Of a stretch of 64,000 bases of DNA, positions 9,545 to 19,964 are shown piece after piece. This DNA comes from an uncultured bacterium (GTDB lineage Bacteria; Eisenbacteria; RBG-16-71-46; CAZHEV01): NCBI GenBank assembly GCA_964531335.1, contig CAZHEV010000003.1, positions 130,429 through 194,428 on the forward strand, written 5' to 3'. Each line of letters opens with the position of its first letter. Within the stretch, counting starts at the first letter, position 1. The notes under the pieces were generated by a model, which saw only the letters and a list, made by a program, of their open reading frames with translations, was not told the DNA's origin and searched no databases. A program made the position numbers and the translations under genes.

Positions 9545-11257
9545 ATGAAGGAGTTCCTCAGGACGATTCTCGCGGTTATTGTGGCGATCTTCATCTTGAT
9601 ATTCTTCGTGGGTTTGATCGGCTACGCGAAGAGCTCGGAGAAGCCCAGCGTCGAGAACGGAAGCTACCTCGTGATGAACGTGCAGGGTGAGATAGTGGAT
9701 TACCCAATCAGCGACCTGAGCGCGATGATATTCGGCGACGAGCCGATAAGCCACGCGAAGCTGCTCGAGAACCTCGAGAAGGCCGCCGTGGACGACAGGG
9801 TGGAGGGCGTCGTCCTGCGGATCGAGCCGTCGACACTGGGCTCGGCCAAGATGAAGGAGCTCAGGGATAAGGTGGACGAGGTCCGGGAATCCGGCAAGAT
9901 GGTATATGCCTACAGCGAGTATATGACCGATAGGTTCTACTACCTCGCATCGGCTTGTGATTCGATATTCATGCCGGCTTCCGGGTACATGACCTTCAGC
10001 GGGCCCGCCGGCACGCGGATGTTCGTCAAGAACGCTCTGGAAAAGCTGGGGATCAACCCCAACGTTCACAGGATAGAGGACTACAAGTCGGCGGCGGAGA
10101 TGGTGACGAGGTCCGAGATGAGCGCCGAGTCCAAGGAGATGGCGAGTTGGATCATGAACGACCTGTACGCCGAGTACATAACCGCGGTGGCCGGCGACCG
10201 TTCCATGACCCCCGGCGATATGGAGGGCCTTTTCAAAAAGGCGCTGTTCATGCCCGACGAGGCGATGGAAGCGGGCCTGGTAGACGAGGTGCTCTACTGG
10301 GACCAGATCGAGGACAGGCTGAAGGATCCCGAGGACGAAAAGCTGAAGACGGTGAGTTACGGCTCCTACTCAAAAGTCGAGCGCGATGACGTCGGGCTGA
10401 AGGGCAAGACCATCGCCATAGTGCACGGCCAGGGTCTCATACACGGCGGAAAGAGCGGCATGGATCCGATGTGGGGCATGACCATGGGCGCACAGTCGGT
10501 GATAAGCGACTTGAGGGCGGTGATGGAGGACGATGACGTGGTTGGAGTAGTGTTCCGCGTGGACAGCCCCGGCGGCTCCGGCGGGGCGAGCGACGCGATC
10601 GGAAGGTGGGTGAAGGTAGTGGAGAGCGAGAAGCCGGTCGTCGTGTCCATGGGCGACGTCGCGGCCTCTGGCGGTTACATGGTCAGCCACAGGATAAGGC
10701 CCATCGTGGCCTCTCCCAACACGATAACCGGCTCGATAGGTTCGATCACCGGAAAGTTCAACATGCGGGGACTATACGACAAGCTCGGCGTTACCTTCGA
10801 TTTCGTGACCAAGGCGCCTCATGCCCTTATCTACAGCGACTACTACGACTGGACCGAGGAAGAGCGCGAGATGGTCGCCGAGAACCACTGGGAGAACTTC
10901 AATGACTGGGTTAGCGATATCGCCGAGCACCGCGATATGACGTTCGAGGAGGTCGACTCGGTGGCCAGGGGAAGGGTATGGACCGGCAGGCAGGCGCTGG
11001 AGAGGGACCTGGTCGACAAGCTGGGCGGTCTTGAAGTGGCGATAGCCGAGTTGAAGGAGAAGGCGGGAATCCCGAAGGATGAGAACGTGACCATAGTCCA
11101 CTACCCGGTCAAGAAGGGGCTGATGGAAACTCTGATGTCCGGGAATATGGCGGCTTCGATCAAGGCGGGCTTGGTCTATCAGCTCAGGGCTTACCTGCTC
11201 CAGTGGGCGTTCGAGGGCCGAACGGGCTGGTATGTGATGCCTTACACCTTCAACTAG
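9545..11257 (+). CDS. sppA: Signal peptide peptidase SppA (protease IV, 67K type)
   Basis: N-terminal TM helix (ILAVIVAIFILIFFVGLIGY), two ClpP/crotonase-like repeats with catalytic GDVAASGGY, about 570 aa. Confidence 0.8.
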   Translation: MKEFLRTILAVIVAIFILIFFVGLIGYAKSSEKPSVENGSYLVMNVQGEIVDYPISDLSAMIFGDEPISHAKLLENLEKAAVDDRVEGVVLRIEPSTLGSAKMKELRDKVDEVRESGKMVYAYSEYMTDRFYYLASACDSIFMPASGYMTFSGPAGTRMFVKNALEKLGINPNVHRIEDYKSAAEMVTRSEMSAESKEMASWIMNDLYAEYITAVAGDRSMTPGDMEGLFKKALFMPDEAMEAGLVDEVLYWDQIEDRLKDPEDEKLKTVSYGSYSKVERDDVGLKGKTIAIVHGQGLIHGGKSGMDPMWGMTMGAQSVISDLRAVMEDDDVVGVVFRVDSPGGSGGASDAIGRWVKVVESEKPVVVSMGDVAASGGYMVSHRIRPIVASPNTITGSIGSITGKFNMRGLYDKLGVTFDFVTKAPHALIYSDYYDWTEEEREMVAENHWENFNDWVSDIAEHRDMTFEEVDSVARGRVWTGRQALERDLVDKLGGLEVAIAELKEKAGIPKDENVTIVHYPVKKGLMETLMSGNMAASIKAGLVYQLRAYLLQWAFEGRTGWYVMPYTFN

Positions 11258-11396
11258 ACAGATTGCGGGTCCGCGGGCTGACTCCGGCCCGGGGCGGATC
11301 CGATTGGGCGAAAGCCGCGGCGGCCCGCGCCTCGATACAGGCATGGGCCGCCACGCTTTTTCCCGCGTTCGGCCGGCCGGTCAAGTCTCCGGCCAC

Positions 11397-12421
11397 TCAG
11401 TCTCCGGCCTGGTCCAGGATGCGCTCCATGGTGTCGTCGTCGACCCGGAGAAGGCCTGAGGCTCTGATCCTGGGCGTCAGGATTGCCCAGTTGGGATCGG
11501 CCTTGAAGACCTTCTTGAAAAGAGGCAGGGCCTCACTCTCCCTGCCGACGTTTATCATGGACACCGCCTGCCAGAACAGAAGCTCCAGGTTCTCGGGCGC
11601 AAGCGCGGCCGCAGCCGTGTACTCCCGCAGAGCGCTTTCAAGGTCCCCGCCGGCAAGGTACTCGTCGCCCCTGTTCACGCGCTCGTATGCTTTGTGGAGG
11701 TTCACAAGCCGCTTGAGCTCCTCCACCGGGCTAGGGTGGTCCTCTACGCGCAGGTCCATGATCCGGTCCTGCCAGATCCGCCCGGTGGGTTCCTGTCTGA
11801 CTATCAGAATGGCCGCTGACTGCTGACCTCTTATGTCCCCGCCGGCCTCCTGAGCCGCCTCCAGCGCGGCCAGCATCCTCCCCGCCAGGTCGCCGTCCGT
11901 TCTCTCGAACGCCTCGGCCATCGCGGGCCATACCTCGGGGCTCACCATCATATTCGCCTGGACCGAATAGCCCTCGCCGACAATGTGTCCGGCTTCGGCT
12001 ATACATGACCCGCCCGTGTGGGTGGCTATGCGACCAGCCGCATCCATCATGGCCACTTGGCGGACCTCCGGATGGGCATCCGCCACCAGGAGGGCTTCCA
12101 GAGCCCGATCGGCTGTCTTGCCCGCCTTCATCAAGGCCAATCCCAAGGGGCCATAGGAGATATCTACCAGCGACTGTGTGGCGACGGCGCCCACGCCGGC
12201 TTCGGCCCATGGGACCACGGGTCCTACCGAGAACCAGTGCGACTGGACGGCGACCCCCATCTCTCCGGCCAGCGTGTCCCGAGCCACGATCGAGTACGTG
12301 TGGGCGAGGCGCCCCTCGGGTAGCTTGGCCTCCACGCCGGGGCCGGTGAGGGGTAAAGACGGGGCTGCCGTTAGGCTTACGGCCAGTAGCACGAGCACCT
12401 GAATGAAGCTTGATTTTCTCA
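11397..12421 (-). CDS. DUF1028-family Ntn-hydrolase-like secreted protein
   Basis: Signal peptide MRKSSFIQVLVLLAVSL, then TYSIVARD...GVAVQSHWFSVG as in DUF1028 proteins. Start taken at the internal Met following the track's alternative-start extension. Confidence 0.55.
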
Positions 12422-12740
12422 TGTCCGCGATCCCTCCAGCCAAAGATACGCCTACGCTCCGGAGCCCGCCGCCTGAAGGCCCGCACGGCGAGGTGCCGGC
12501 TCGCCCCGGGCCGCGGCGGTTGCTTTTTCGAATCGATCCGGGTAAGACTAGCACAAGCCATTGTGGATCGGAAGGCGGCTGCCTATAATGGCCGCCCGGG
12601 ATGTTCAGCCGGAGTACCTGCCCTCGGGCCGGACCGGAAGGGAAGACCGACGACTCGGAGGTGAGCGGTATGCAGGTTGCTATAGGGGGTGGTCCCCGTG
12701 ATCGACGAATCGAGACGAAGCCAAAGAAGGGGGAGGTCTA

Positions 12741-15434
12741 ATGCGCTATTTCGCAATAGCGGCGGGCGTTGTGGTTCTGCTTTTCATCGCCTGGGTCGTC
12801 GTGGCGGGCATATCCACCGAGGTGCTGTGGTTCGAGAGTCTCGGCTTCGACCAGGTCTACTGGAAGGCCCTCTGGACCAAGGTGATCCTGTGGCTCGCCG
12901 GCGCGGTCGCGGCCGTGCTGTGGTTCGGGCTCAACTTCCGGGCGGCCGTGAAGCAGCGCGTCTTCATGCCGAAGGGCGACGTGATCGACATCGAGCAGCT
13001 TTTCCCGCGCGGCAAGTCGGTGGGATGGATCGCCGCGCTCGCGGTGTTTCTCTTGGCGACCGCCTACGGTTCGGCCGCGGCCGGGCTGTGGAAGGAGGTC
13101 TTGCTCTTTCTCGACAGGCAACCCTTCGGGAGCGCGGACCCTATCTTCCAAAAGGACGTGGGCTTCTATGTCTTCTCGCTGCCCGTGATAAACGCCCTCG
13201 AGTCAACGGCCCTTTCCATGTCCATAATAGCTGCGGTGGGCGTGGCGCTTTTCTCTTACGCGGCTTCGGGCGCCTACGCGGCGCCCTCGGCCCTGTATAC
13301 GTGGCTTCGCGGGGGCACAAGGCGGCACCTGTTCGCGCTGGGCGCGGTGATAATGGCCGCGGCCGCGTTCGGCTTCTGGTTTCAGAGATATAACATACTC
13401 CTGGGCTCCTCCGCCGTCGTCTTCGGACCGGGCTACACCGACGTTCACGCGCGCATCCCCGGGGTCACCATAATGACCTTCGTCTCCGCGGCGGCGGCGA
13501 TCCTCATGGTGGTAGCCGCGGCCCGGAGGAGCCTCAAGCCCGCCATTGCGTCGGTGGGTGTACTGATCATCGCCGCGATTCTGGCGCTGGGCCTGTATCC
13601 CGCGCTCATACAGGGCATAGTGGTCGGCCCCAACGAGTTCGAGAAGGAGGCGCCGTTCATCGAGCACAACATCGAGGGAACGAGGCTGGCCTACGGGCTG
13701 GAGGACGTGGAGGAGGTTCCGTTCGCGGCCTCGGGCGACCTCACCCCCCAGGACGTAGAGGATAACGACGCCACTATAAGCAATGTGCGCCTCTGGGACT
13801 GGCGTCCCCTCAAGAGCACCTACAGCCAGATCCAGGAGATCAGGCTCTACTACGATTTCGTCGACGCGGACGTCGACCGGTACGTGATCGACGAGGAGTA
13901 TCGCCAGGTGCTGCTGTCCGTCAGGGAGCTCAACCAGAGACAGATTCCGCAAAGGGCCAGGACGTGGGTGAACACCCACTTGATGTACACGCACGGCTAC
14001 GGGCTTTGTATGAGCCCGGTCGACCAGGTCACGCCCGAGGGGCTTCCGTACCTGATCATCAAGGATATCCCCCCGGTCTCCACGGTGGACCTGGAAGTCA
14101 CCGAGCCCGCCGTGTACTACGGCGAGCTCCAGTCGGATTACGTCCTGGTGCGAACCTCGACCGACGAGTTTGACTATCCGCTGGGCGAGCAGAACAAGTA
14201 CACCAGGTACGAGGGAAACGGCGGGGTCCCCATCGGAAGCCTGTGGAAAAGGCTCCTCTACTCGTGGCGCTTCAGGGACAGGCAGCTTCTCTTCACCGAG
14301 CACCTCACGCCCGAGACCAGGATAATGTTCCGCCGGGCGCTCAGGGAGCGCGCCCCCAGGCTGGCGGAGTTCCTGGCCTACGATCGCGATCCCTATCCCG
14401 TGCTCCTGGACGGGCGGATGCTGTGGGTCTGGGACGCGTACACCTTCACCGACATGTACCCCTACTCCGAGCCTTACAGGCCCGGAATGAACTACATACG
14501 TAACTCCGTCAAGGTGGTGGTGGACGCCTTCCACGGCGACGTGAGCTTCTACGTGGTCGATCCCGAGGACCCCATAATCCAGGCCTGCGGCGCCGTTTTC
14601 CCCTCGCTCTTCAAGAGCGTCGAGGAGATGCCCGAGGGGCTGCGCGCGCACTTGAGATATCCCGTGGACCTGTTCGAGATCCAGGGGAACGTGTTTTCCT
14701 CTTATCACATGGAGGCCCCGCAAGTCTTCTACAACAAGGAGGACCAGTGGTCTGTGCCCATCGAGTCCTATGCCGGCGAGCAGCGCAGGATGGAGAGCTA
14801 CTACGTGGTGATGAGGATACCGGGCGAGGAGGACGCGGAGTTCATAATAATGCTGCCCTTCACCCCGACCAACAAGGACAACATGGTGGCCTGGCTGGCG
14901 GGCAGGTGCGACGGCGAGCACTACGGGAAGCTCATGGTCTTCCTCTTTCCCAAGCAGAAGCTGGTCTTCGGGCCCAGGCAGATAGAGGCGCGGATCGATC
15001 AGGATCCGGCCATCTCGGAGCTGCTGACACTGTGGAGCCAGAAAGGATCCAGCGTTGTAAGAGGCAACCTGCTCGTGATCCCCATAGAGCAGTCGCTGCT
15101 CTATGTCGAGCCGCTCTACCTGATGGCCGAGTCGGGAGAGCTGCCCGAGCTCAAGCGCGTGATAGTGTCGTTCGGCGGGAGGATCGCCATGGCGCAGAAC
15201 CTCTACGACGCGATAGACGCGGTCTTCCGGGGCGACGCCCGCGTCGCGGCGGAGGCGCGTGAGGCCGGCGCCGTCTACGGCGTCCCGCCGCAGGAAGAGC
15301 TTCGAACGGTGCTTGAGGTATTCAGGAGGGCGCAGGAGCATCTGCGGAACGGACGATGGGCCGAGTACGGCCGCGATATGGAGGCGCTGGAGCGCGAGCT
15401 CGAGAAGCTGGCGAAGGAGCAGGGGATGGAGTAG
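12741..15434 (+). CDS. UPF0182 family large membrane protein
   Basis: 897 aa, N-terminal multi-TM region (EVLWFESLGFDQVYWKALWTKVILWLAG), large C-terminal soluble region. GGGGGAGG RBS before ATG 12741. Confidence 0.6.
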   Translation: MRYFAIAAGVVVLLFIAWVVVAGISTEVLWFESLGFDQVYWKALWTKVILWLAGAVAAVLWFGLNFRAAVKQRVFMPKGDVIDIEQLFPRGKSVGWIAALAVFLLATAYGSAAAGLWKEVLLFLDRQPFGSADPIFQKDVGFYVFSLPVINALESTALSMSIIAAVGVALFSYAASGAYAAPSALYTWLRGGTRRHLFALGAVIMAAAAFGFWFQRYNILLGSSAVVFGPGYTDVHARIPGVTIMTFVSAAAAILMVVAAARRSLKPAIASVGVLIIAAILALGLYPALIQGIVVGPNEFEKEAPFIEHNIEGTRLAYGLEDVEEVPFAASGDLTPQDVEDNDATISNVRLWDWRPLKSTYSQIQEIRLYYDFVDADVDRYVIDEEYRQVLLSVRELNQRQIPQRARTWVNTHLMYTHGYGLCMSPVDQVTPEGLPYLIIKDIPPVSTVDLEVTEPAVYYGELQSDYVLVRTSTDEFDYPLGEQNKYTRYEGNGGVPIGSLWKRLLYSWRFRDRQLLFTEHLTPETRIMFRRALRERAPRLAEFLAYDRDPYPVLLDGRMLWVWDAYTFTDMYPYSEPYRPGMNYIRNSVKVVVDAFHGDVSFYVVDPEDPIIQACGAVFPSLFKSVEEMPEGLRAHLRYPVDLFEIQGNVFSSYHMEAPQVFYNKEDQWSVPIESYAGEQRRMESYYVVMRIPGEEDAEFIIMLPFTPTNKDNMVAWLAGRCDGEHYGKLMVFLFPKQKLVFGPRQIEARIDQDPAISELLTLWSQKGSSVVRGNLLVIPIEQSLLYVEPLYLMAESGELPELKRVIVSFGGRIAMAQNLYDAIDAVFRGDARVAAEAREAGAVYGVPPQEELRTVLEVFRRAQEHLRNGRWAEYGRDMEALERELEKLAKEQGME

Positions 15435-15451
15435 GGGGGAGACGTCCCGGC

Positions 15452-15937
15452 TCAGGCGGGCTTCTTCTTAACCGATAATATGTGCTCGCAGTATTCGTCG
15501 CCCTGGGGAATGGACTTTCCGATGCGGTAGTCCAGGTCCTCGTCCAGGGCGGCGACCAGGGCCTCTTCCATGCAGGTGTGGGCCTTGCAGATTCCGTCGT
15601 CAGTGAAGGGATACGGGCAGCGGCTGACGCCTATGACCAGGCGCTCGTCCGAGAACTCCCTCACCTCCCAGTCGTCGCTCACCATGTCGAAGACCTTGAT
15701 AAGGTAGCCGCCGACCGCGGCTACTCCCTTCAGCTCGCGGTTCTTCCTCACGTTCGACCCTATGCTCGTTCCGTACTCCCTGCTTACGTCCCTTATGAGC
15801 TCGAGGCCCTCATCGCCGAAGCGATCGTAGATGGCGCCGTACAGGTCCGCGAGCCTCCTCATGTAGCCGCGCACCGCCCTGTGGTACCTCTCTTCGTAGT
15901 CCGGCCTCTCGAACTTCAGCTCCCTGGGGAGATCCAC
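15452..15937 (-). CDS. Small Cys-containing protein, possibly ATC-hydrolase-like
   Basis: 161 aa with CPYPFTDDGICKAHTCMEEA and DEYCEH motifs. Family assignment from memory only; co-oriented and adjacent to the DUF364 gene. Confidence 0.35.
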   Translation of the reverse strand: MDLPRELKFERPDYEERYHRAVRGYMRRLADLYGAIYDRFGDEGLELIRDVSREYGTSIGSNVRKNRELKGVAAVGGYLIKVFDMVSDDWEVREFSDERLVIGVSRCPYPFTDDGICKAHTCMEEALVAALDEDLDYRIGKSIPQGDEYCEHILSVKKKPA

Positions 15938-15961
15938 CGCGACTCTCCTTGCTATGGGATC

Positions 15962-16744
15962 CTAGTCCAGCGCGTATGGACAGATCCTCTCCATTCCCGC
16001 GAGCTCGCACACGCCGGCCGAGGTCACCCCGTACACTATGCCTGTCTTGCCGGCGTCTTGAACGGCGCCCCATATCCCGTCGAAGGTCCCGTTCACGAGG
16101 GTGGTTCCCGTCAGCAGGATAACGTCGGCCCATCCTATCAGGTCCACCGTCCTAATCGAGGCGTCCCACACCTCGACACCGAACTTGATTCCGCCGATCG
16201 ACTTGGGGTTCTTGTCCGTGATGCGGACATTCTCCGGCCCGAAGGCGCGGACCAGCCCTTCGGCTATAGCGGGGTTCAGCCCTATCAGGCCGACCCTCGG
16301 TTTCCCGAACCTGCTCGCGAGATGCCCGGCTATCTCGCGGGCGCAGTCCTCCGGCGCGTCGTCCTTGCAGTGCAGCGTCTTGCTCACGACGCGGAGATGT
16401 CTCAGCACCGCGTTCAACGTGGCTATGAATATCGCCCGGTCGCGATTCGTGGACAGGTCGAGGTTCATGACGGCTCCCAGCGTCCCCTCGTACATCGAAG
16501 GAGCGTCGGTGAACGCATGCCCTCTGGCGCCCAGCACCGAGGCCTCGATCATGCGCTCCACGCCGACCAGGATCGGGAAGTCCCTTCTCCCGGGGTTGCC
16601 TATCGCCTCCTCCGGCGTCAGGGCCTTAGCCTTCACCGATATCGCGGCGTCCGAGATGCCTTCCCTCTCGACGATTTCATTGAATCGCAGTTTGATCTCG
16701 TCGAGAATCGTCTTCTTTCCGTACGGACTCATGGTTGTCTCCAA
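15962..16744 (-). CDS. DUF4213/DUF364 Rossmann-like domain protein (putative metal/cofactor-handling)
   Basis: About 260 aa with typical DUF364 features (GLIGLNPAIAEGL, ILLTGTTLVNGT). Start could alternatively be the Met 4 codons downstream, which has a GGAGA RBS. Confidence 0.5.
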   Translation of the reverse strand: METTMSPYGKKTILDEIKLRFNEIVEREGISDAAISVKAKALTPEEAIGNPGRRDFPILVGVERMIEASVLGARGHAFTDAPSMYEGTLGAVMNLDLSTNRDRAIFIATLNAVLRHLRVVSKTLHCKDDAPEDCAREIAGHLASRFGKPRVGLIGLNPAIAEGLVRAFGPENVRITDKNPKSIGGIKFGVEVWDASIRTVDLIGWADVILLTGTTLVNGTFDGIWGAVQDAGKTGIVYGVTSAGVCELAGMERICPYALD

Positions 16745-16944
16745 ACAAATGTGCGTGGATCGGGCGCCGGTGGGGACGGGGCGGTAAGCGCTGTGGGCCT
16801 ACTTTGGGATAATACCAGCCTTCGGCCGTCACGGCCAGCACTATCCCGGCCGGCGGCATGGAGGGCAGGCAAGGGCACAGGCGGGCGGCGGCCGGGAGCG
16901 GACCGCCCGTGAAGCGCGCCGCTTCCGCACGCGCCCGTGAACGC

Positions 16945-16980
16945 AATAAAGAAAGCGGCGCCTCCGAGGGCGCCGCTTTA
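16945..16980 (-). terminator. Rho-independent terminator downstream of the GyrA-CTD gene
   Basis: Perfect 11-bp inverted repeat AAAGCGGCGCC-tccgag-GGCGCCGCTTT (16952-16980) followed on the minus strand by a U-rich tract (tttctttatt). Confidence 0.6.
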
Positions 16981-17017
16981 CCAGGAGTGGTGAGGGCGGA
17001 TGTTCGCTCGCACGCCG

Positions 17018-17980
17018 TCAGCGCCGGCGTGCAGGCTCCCAGCTCTTGCTTATCGGGGACGCCGTGACGACGCCCTCGCCGTGCTCGGTCTTCATGACAC
17101 GGACACCCGTGCTACCCCTTCCGGTCTCTCTCACGTCCCCGGCTTTGAACCTTATCACCTTGCCGGAGCTGCTTGCGGCGAGCACCTCGTCCTCGGGCTG
17201 CACGGTCATCGTGGCCACCACGGTGCCCGTCTTCCCGACGTTCTTTACGTTCGTAACTCCCTTGCCGCCCCTGGAGGTCTGTCTGTATTCGGAAAGAGGA
17301 GTTCTCTTTCCATATCCGTTTCCGGTTATGGTGAAGACCGTCGCGGTGGGCGCACCTATCACGAACGAGGCCACCTGGTCGCCTTCGGCCAAGTTTATTC
17401 CGCGCACTCCCCCGGCCGTACGGCCCGAGGCCCTGACGTCGGACTCGTCAAACCTTATCGCCTTCCCGTTTCTGGTGGCCATGAAGACCTGGCTCGACCC
17501 GTCCGACACACCGACGCCGACCAGCTCGTCTCCTTCGGCTACCCTTATCGCCTTGACTCCCTTGGTCCTTATCCTGCCGAAGCTCGCAAGGTCGGTCCTC
17601 TTTATCATCCCTTGCTTTGTGGCGGTCACCAGGAAGCCTTGCGACTCGTCGAGATCCTTCACCGACACGCACCCGGTTATCCTCTCTTCCGGCTCGAGGT
17701 CCATGAGCTTGCCCGGCGGGACGCCCTTGGCATAGCGGCCCATCTCGGGCACGTCGGCCGCCTTCAGCTTGTAGCACTTGCTGTGATTGGTGAAGAGCAG
17801 CAAGTCGTCACCGGCTGCGGCGACGTGAAGCTGCCTCACGAAGCCTTCCTCGCCCGGCTTTGTCCCGGCCACGCCCCGCCCTCCGCGGTGCCTCAGGCCG
17901 AAGGCGGAGAGAGGAGTCCGCTTCACCGTTTCATCTTTCGACAGGGAGACAACGAATAGGTTTTCGTCGGAGAGGGCCAT
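17018..17980 (-). CDS. Stand-alone DNA gyrase subunit A C-terminal domain (beta-pinwheel) protein
   Basis: Six-blade repeat pattern with a GyrA-box-like RHRGGRGVAG near the N-terminus (compare QRRGGKG) and VKRTPLSAF-type blade starts. No N-terminal breakage-reunion domain. Start at Met13 with AAGGTGG RBS. Confidence 0.65.
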   Translation of the reverse strand: MALSDENLFVVSLSKDETVKRTPLSAFGLRHRGGRGVAGTKPGEEGFVRQLHVAAAGDDLLLFTNHSKCYKLKAADVPEMGRYAKGVPPGKLMDLEPEERITGCVSVKDLDESQGFLVTATKQGMIKRTDLASFGRIRTKGVKAIRVAEGDELVGVGVSDGSSQVFMATRNGKAIRFDESDVRASGRTAGGVRGINLAEGDQVASFVIGAPTATVFTITGNGYGKRTPLSEYRQTSRGGKGVTNVKNVGKTGTVVATMTVQPEDEVLAASSSGKVIRFKAGDVRETGRGSTGVRVMKTEHGEGVVTASPISKSWEPARRR

Positions 17981-18200
17981 AAGCGTATCCCACCTTTCTT
18001 GTCCACAGTCAGCCATAACTCACAGCAATACGGTAACTTATGTACTTCTTGAGTTTGGACTGGCGATTCCCCCCGAATCGGGTGTAACGTAGTACAGACA
18101 GGGTTGATTGGCAAGTCCAAAATGCGCGGGCCGCCTCGGCGAAGAATGCCGAAGTGGCCTTGTTCTCTTGATTGCAGCGGCCAAGAAGGAGGTCATACGC

Positions 18201-18782
18201 ATGGATATAGACAAGAACGCGGCTTTGATAGTAACCGATATACAGAACGACTTCCTCCCCGGTGGTCCCGTCGCCGTGCCCAATGGGGACGAGGTCATCC
18301 CGGTGCTGAACAGATACATCGAGATCTTCACTAAAGCAGGCGCTCCAATCTTCTTCACGCGGGACTGGCATCCGGAGAACCACATGTCCTTCAAGGATCA
18401 GGGAGGCGACTGGCCGCCTCACTGCGTCCGGAACACCCCCGGCGCGGAGTTTCATCCCGACCTGAACGTGCCCGAAGGGGCCCGGATCATCTCCAAGGCC
18501 CAGGACCCCGACGTCGAGGCGTACTCGGCCTTCAAGGGTACGGACCTGGCCGATAGGCTGAATCGCGCCGGCGTAAAGCGGGTGCTGATCGGAGGCCTGG
18601 CCACAGACTACTGCGTGAAGAACACCGTCATCGACGCCATATCGCAAGGCCTGGAGGTCTATGTTCTCCTCGACGCCGTCCGGGGAGTGGATGTGCGGGA
18701 AGGCGACAGCGAGCGGGCCATAGAGGAGATGAAATCGCGCGGCGCAGTGGAGGTCGAGCTGGCGGAGGTGGGGTCAAGGTAA
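18201..18782 (+). CDS. pncA: Isochorismatase-family hydrolase, nicotinamidase/pyrazinamidase-like
   Basis: ALIVTDIQNDF, DWHPENH, and GLATDYCV (catalytic Cys) motifs. AGGAGG RBS before ATG 18201. Confidence 0.6.
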   Translation: MDIDKNAALIVTDIQNDFLPGGPVAVPNGDEVIPVLNRYIEIFTKAGAPIFFTRDWHPENHMSFKDQGGDWPPHCVRNTPGAEFHPDLNVPEGARIISKAQDPDVEAYSAFKGTDLADRLNRAGVKRVLIGGLATDYCVKNTVIDAISQGLEVYVLLDAVRGVDVREGDSERAIEEMKSRGAVEVELAEVGSR

Positions 18783-18785
18783 CGG

Positions 18786-19964
18786 TCAAGCGAACCACTT
18801 CGCGAGCCGGCTCACTTTCTGCTCTATAGAGTCTTCGGGACAGCTCTCGACGCACGCAAGGCACTCGATGCACTTGGCGTAGTCGATGGTCGAGATGTCG
18901 TGGCGGTCCGGGCTGATGGCGTCCACGGGGCAGGTCTCTATGCACAGGCCGCACGAGGTGCAACGCTCCCTTGTCACGTGGGGGCGCACCCACAGGTAGC
19001 GCCCCATCAGCCAGACGGCCCAGGCAGGGACGAGGTGTATCAGCCGGCTCGACGCAGGCTTGAAATCGGAGACGACCGCGCCCTCCAGGGAGTCGCCGCG
19101 AATATCGATGCGATCGAGCGGTGCGCCGAGCCCCCTCCGCATGGCCGCTACTGTCGTGGGGACCCGACCTTCGGCCATTCCCACCAGGGCCGCCGCCACG
19201 GCGTCGACGGCCACCGCGTCCTCGCCGGCAAGAAGGATCCCCACGTCCCGGGGCGAGCCTTTCGTGGAGGGACCGTCGCCCTCGAGGGCCGTTATCGCGT
19301 CCATTATAGTCAACGTGGGGCTGACGGCCTCGTAGACGTCAACCACTATCTCGGAGAAGGGGAGGGGCTTCGGGGCCAGCTTGTGGAGCTCGGCCTTTCT
19401 GAAGCCGGGTATCGCTCCGAACACGTTCTTGACGCCGCCGGTCAGCACGGTTATGCCGTGCGTCTTGAGCTTGGACACGTTTATCACGACGTCCGAGTCC
19501 GCTATCGCCGCGGCGATGTGATACGTCCGGCCTCTCACCCGGCGCGGCACGACTCCTGCGCCCTCGAGCTTCACAAGCTCCGCGCCCGTGCGCCGCGACA
19601 CTTCCCTGTAGCCCGTCTCGTCCCAGTACCTGTCTATGGACGAGAGCACTCCCGCGGGGCTGTCCCCGACGGATGGCTTCCCTCCGGCTCGCACGATCTC
19701 CTCCACGAGCGACTCGATGACCGCGGGATGCGTGGTTATTGCACGGTGAGGCTTCTTGGCCGTGAGCATGTTGGGCTTCACGAAGACTTTGCTTCCCGGC
19801 CGCACCCACCTGTCGATCCCGCCGAGCTGATCGAGCGCGCGTCGCAACGCCGCGCGGACTCGTTGCGGATCGTAGTCCCGGCAGGCCGTAAGGGCCACGG
19901 GGACGCTGCGACCGTTCCGCTTCTCCACGGCGGCATCCCCCGCATTAGGCTCGATAGACCTCAT
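18786..19964 (-). CDS. DUF362 domain protein fused to 2x[4Fe-4S] ferredoxin domain
   Basis: KVFVKPNMLTAKKPHRAITTHPAV (DUF362 core), plus C-terminal CTSCGLCIETCP and CIECLACVESCP. Start chosen at the internal Met (MRSIEPN); the upstream extension lacks an RBS. Confidence 0.55.
   Translation of the reverse strand: MRSIEPNAGDAAVEKRNGRSVPVALTACRDYDPQRVRAALRRALDQLGGIDRWVRPGSKVFVKPNMLTAKKPHRAITTHPAVIESLVEEIVRAGGKPSVGDSPAGVLSSIDRYWDETGYREVSRRTGAELVKLEGAGVVPRRVRGRTYHIAAAIADSDVVINVSKLKTHGITVLTGGVKNVFGAIPGFRKAELHKLAPKPLPFSEIVVDVYEAVSPTLTIMDAITALEGDGPSTKGSPRDVGILLAGEDAVAVDAVAAALVGMAEGRVPTTVAAMRRGLGAPLDRIDIRGDSLEGAVVSDFKPASSRLIHLVPAWAVWLMGRYLWVRPHVTRERCTSCGLCIETCPVDAISPDRHDISTIDYAKCIECLACVESCPEDSIEQKVSRLAKWFA

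Noticed and set aside
13203-15341. 712-aa minus-strand ORF antisense to the UPF0182 gene
   Set aside because: Same high-GC antisense artifact; its composition is Arg/Gly/Pro-rich junk.
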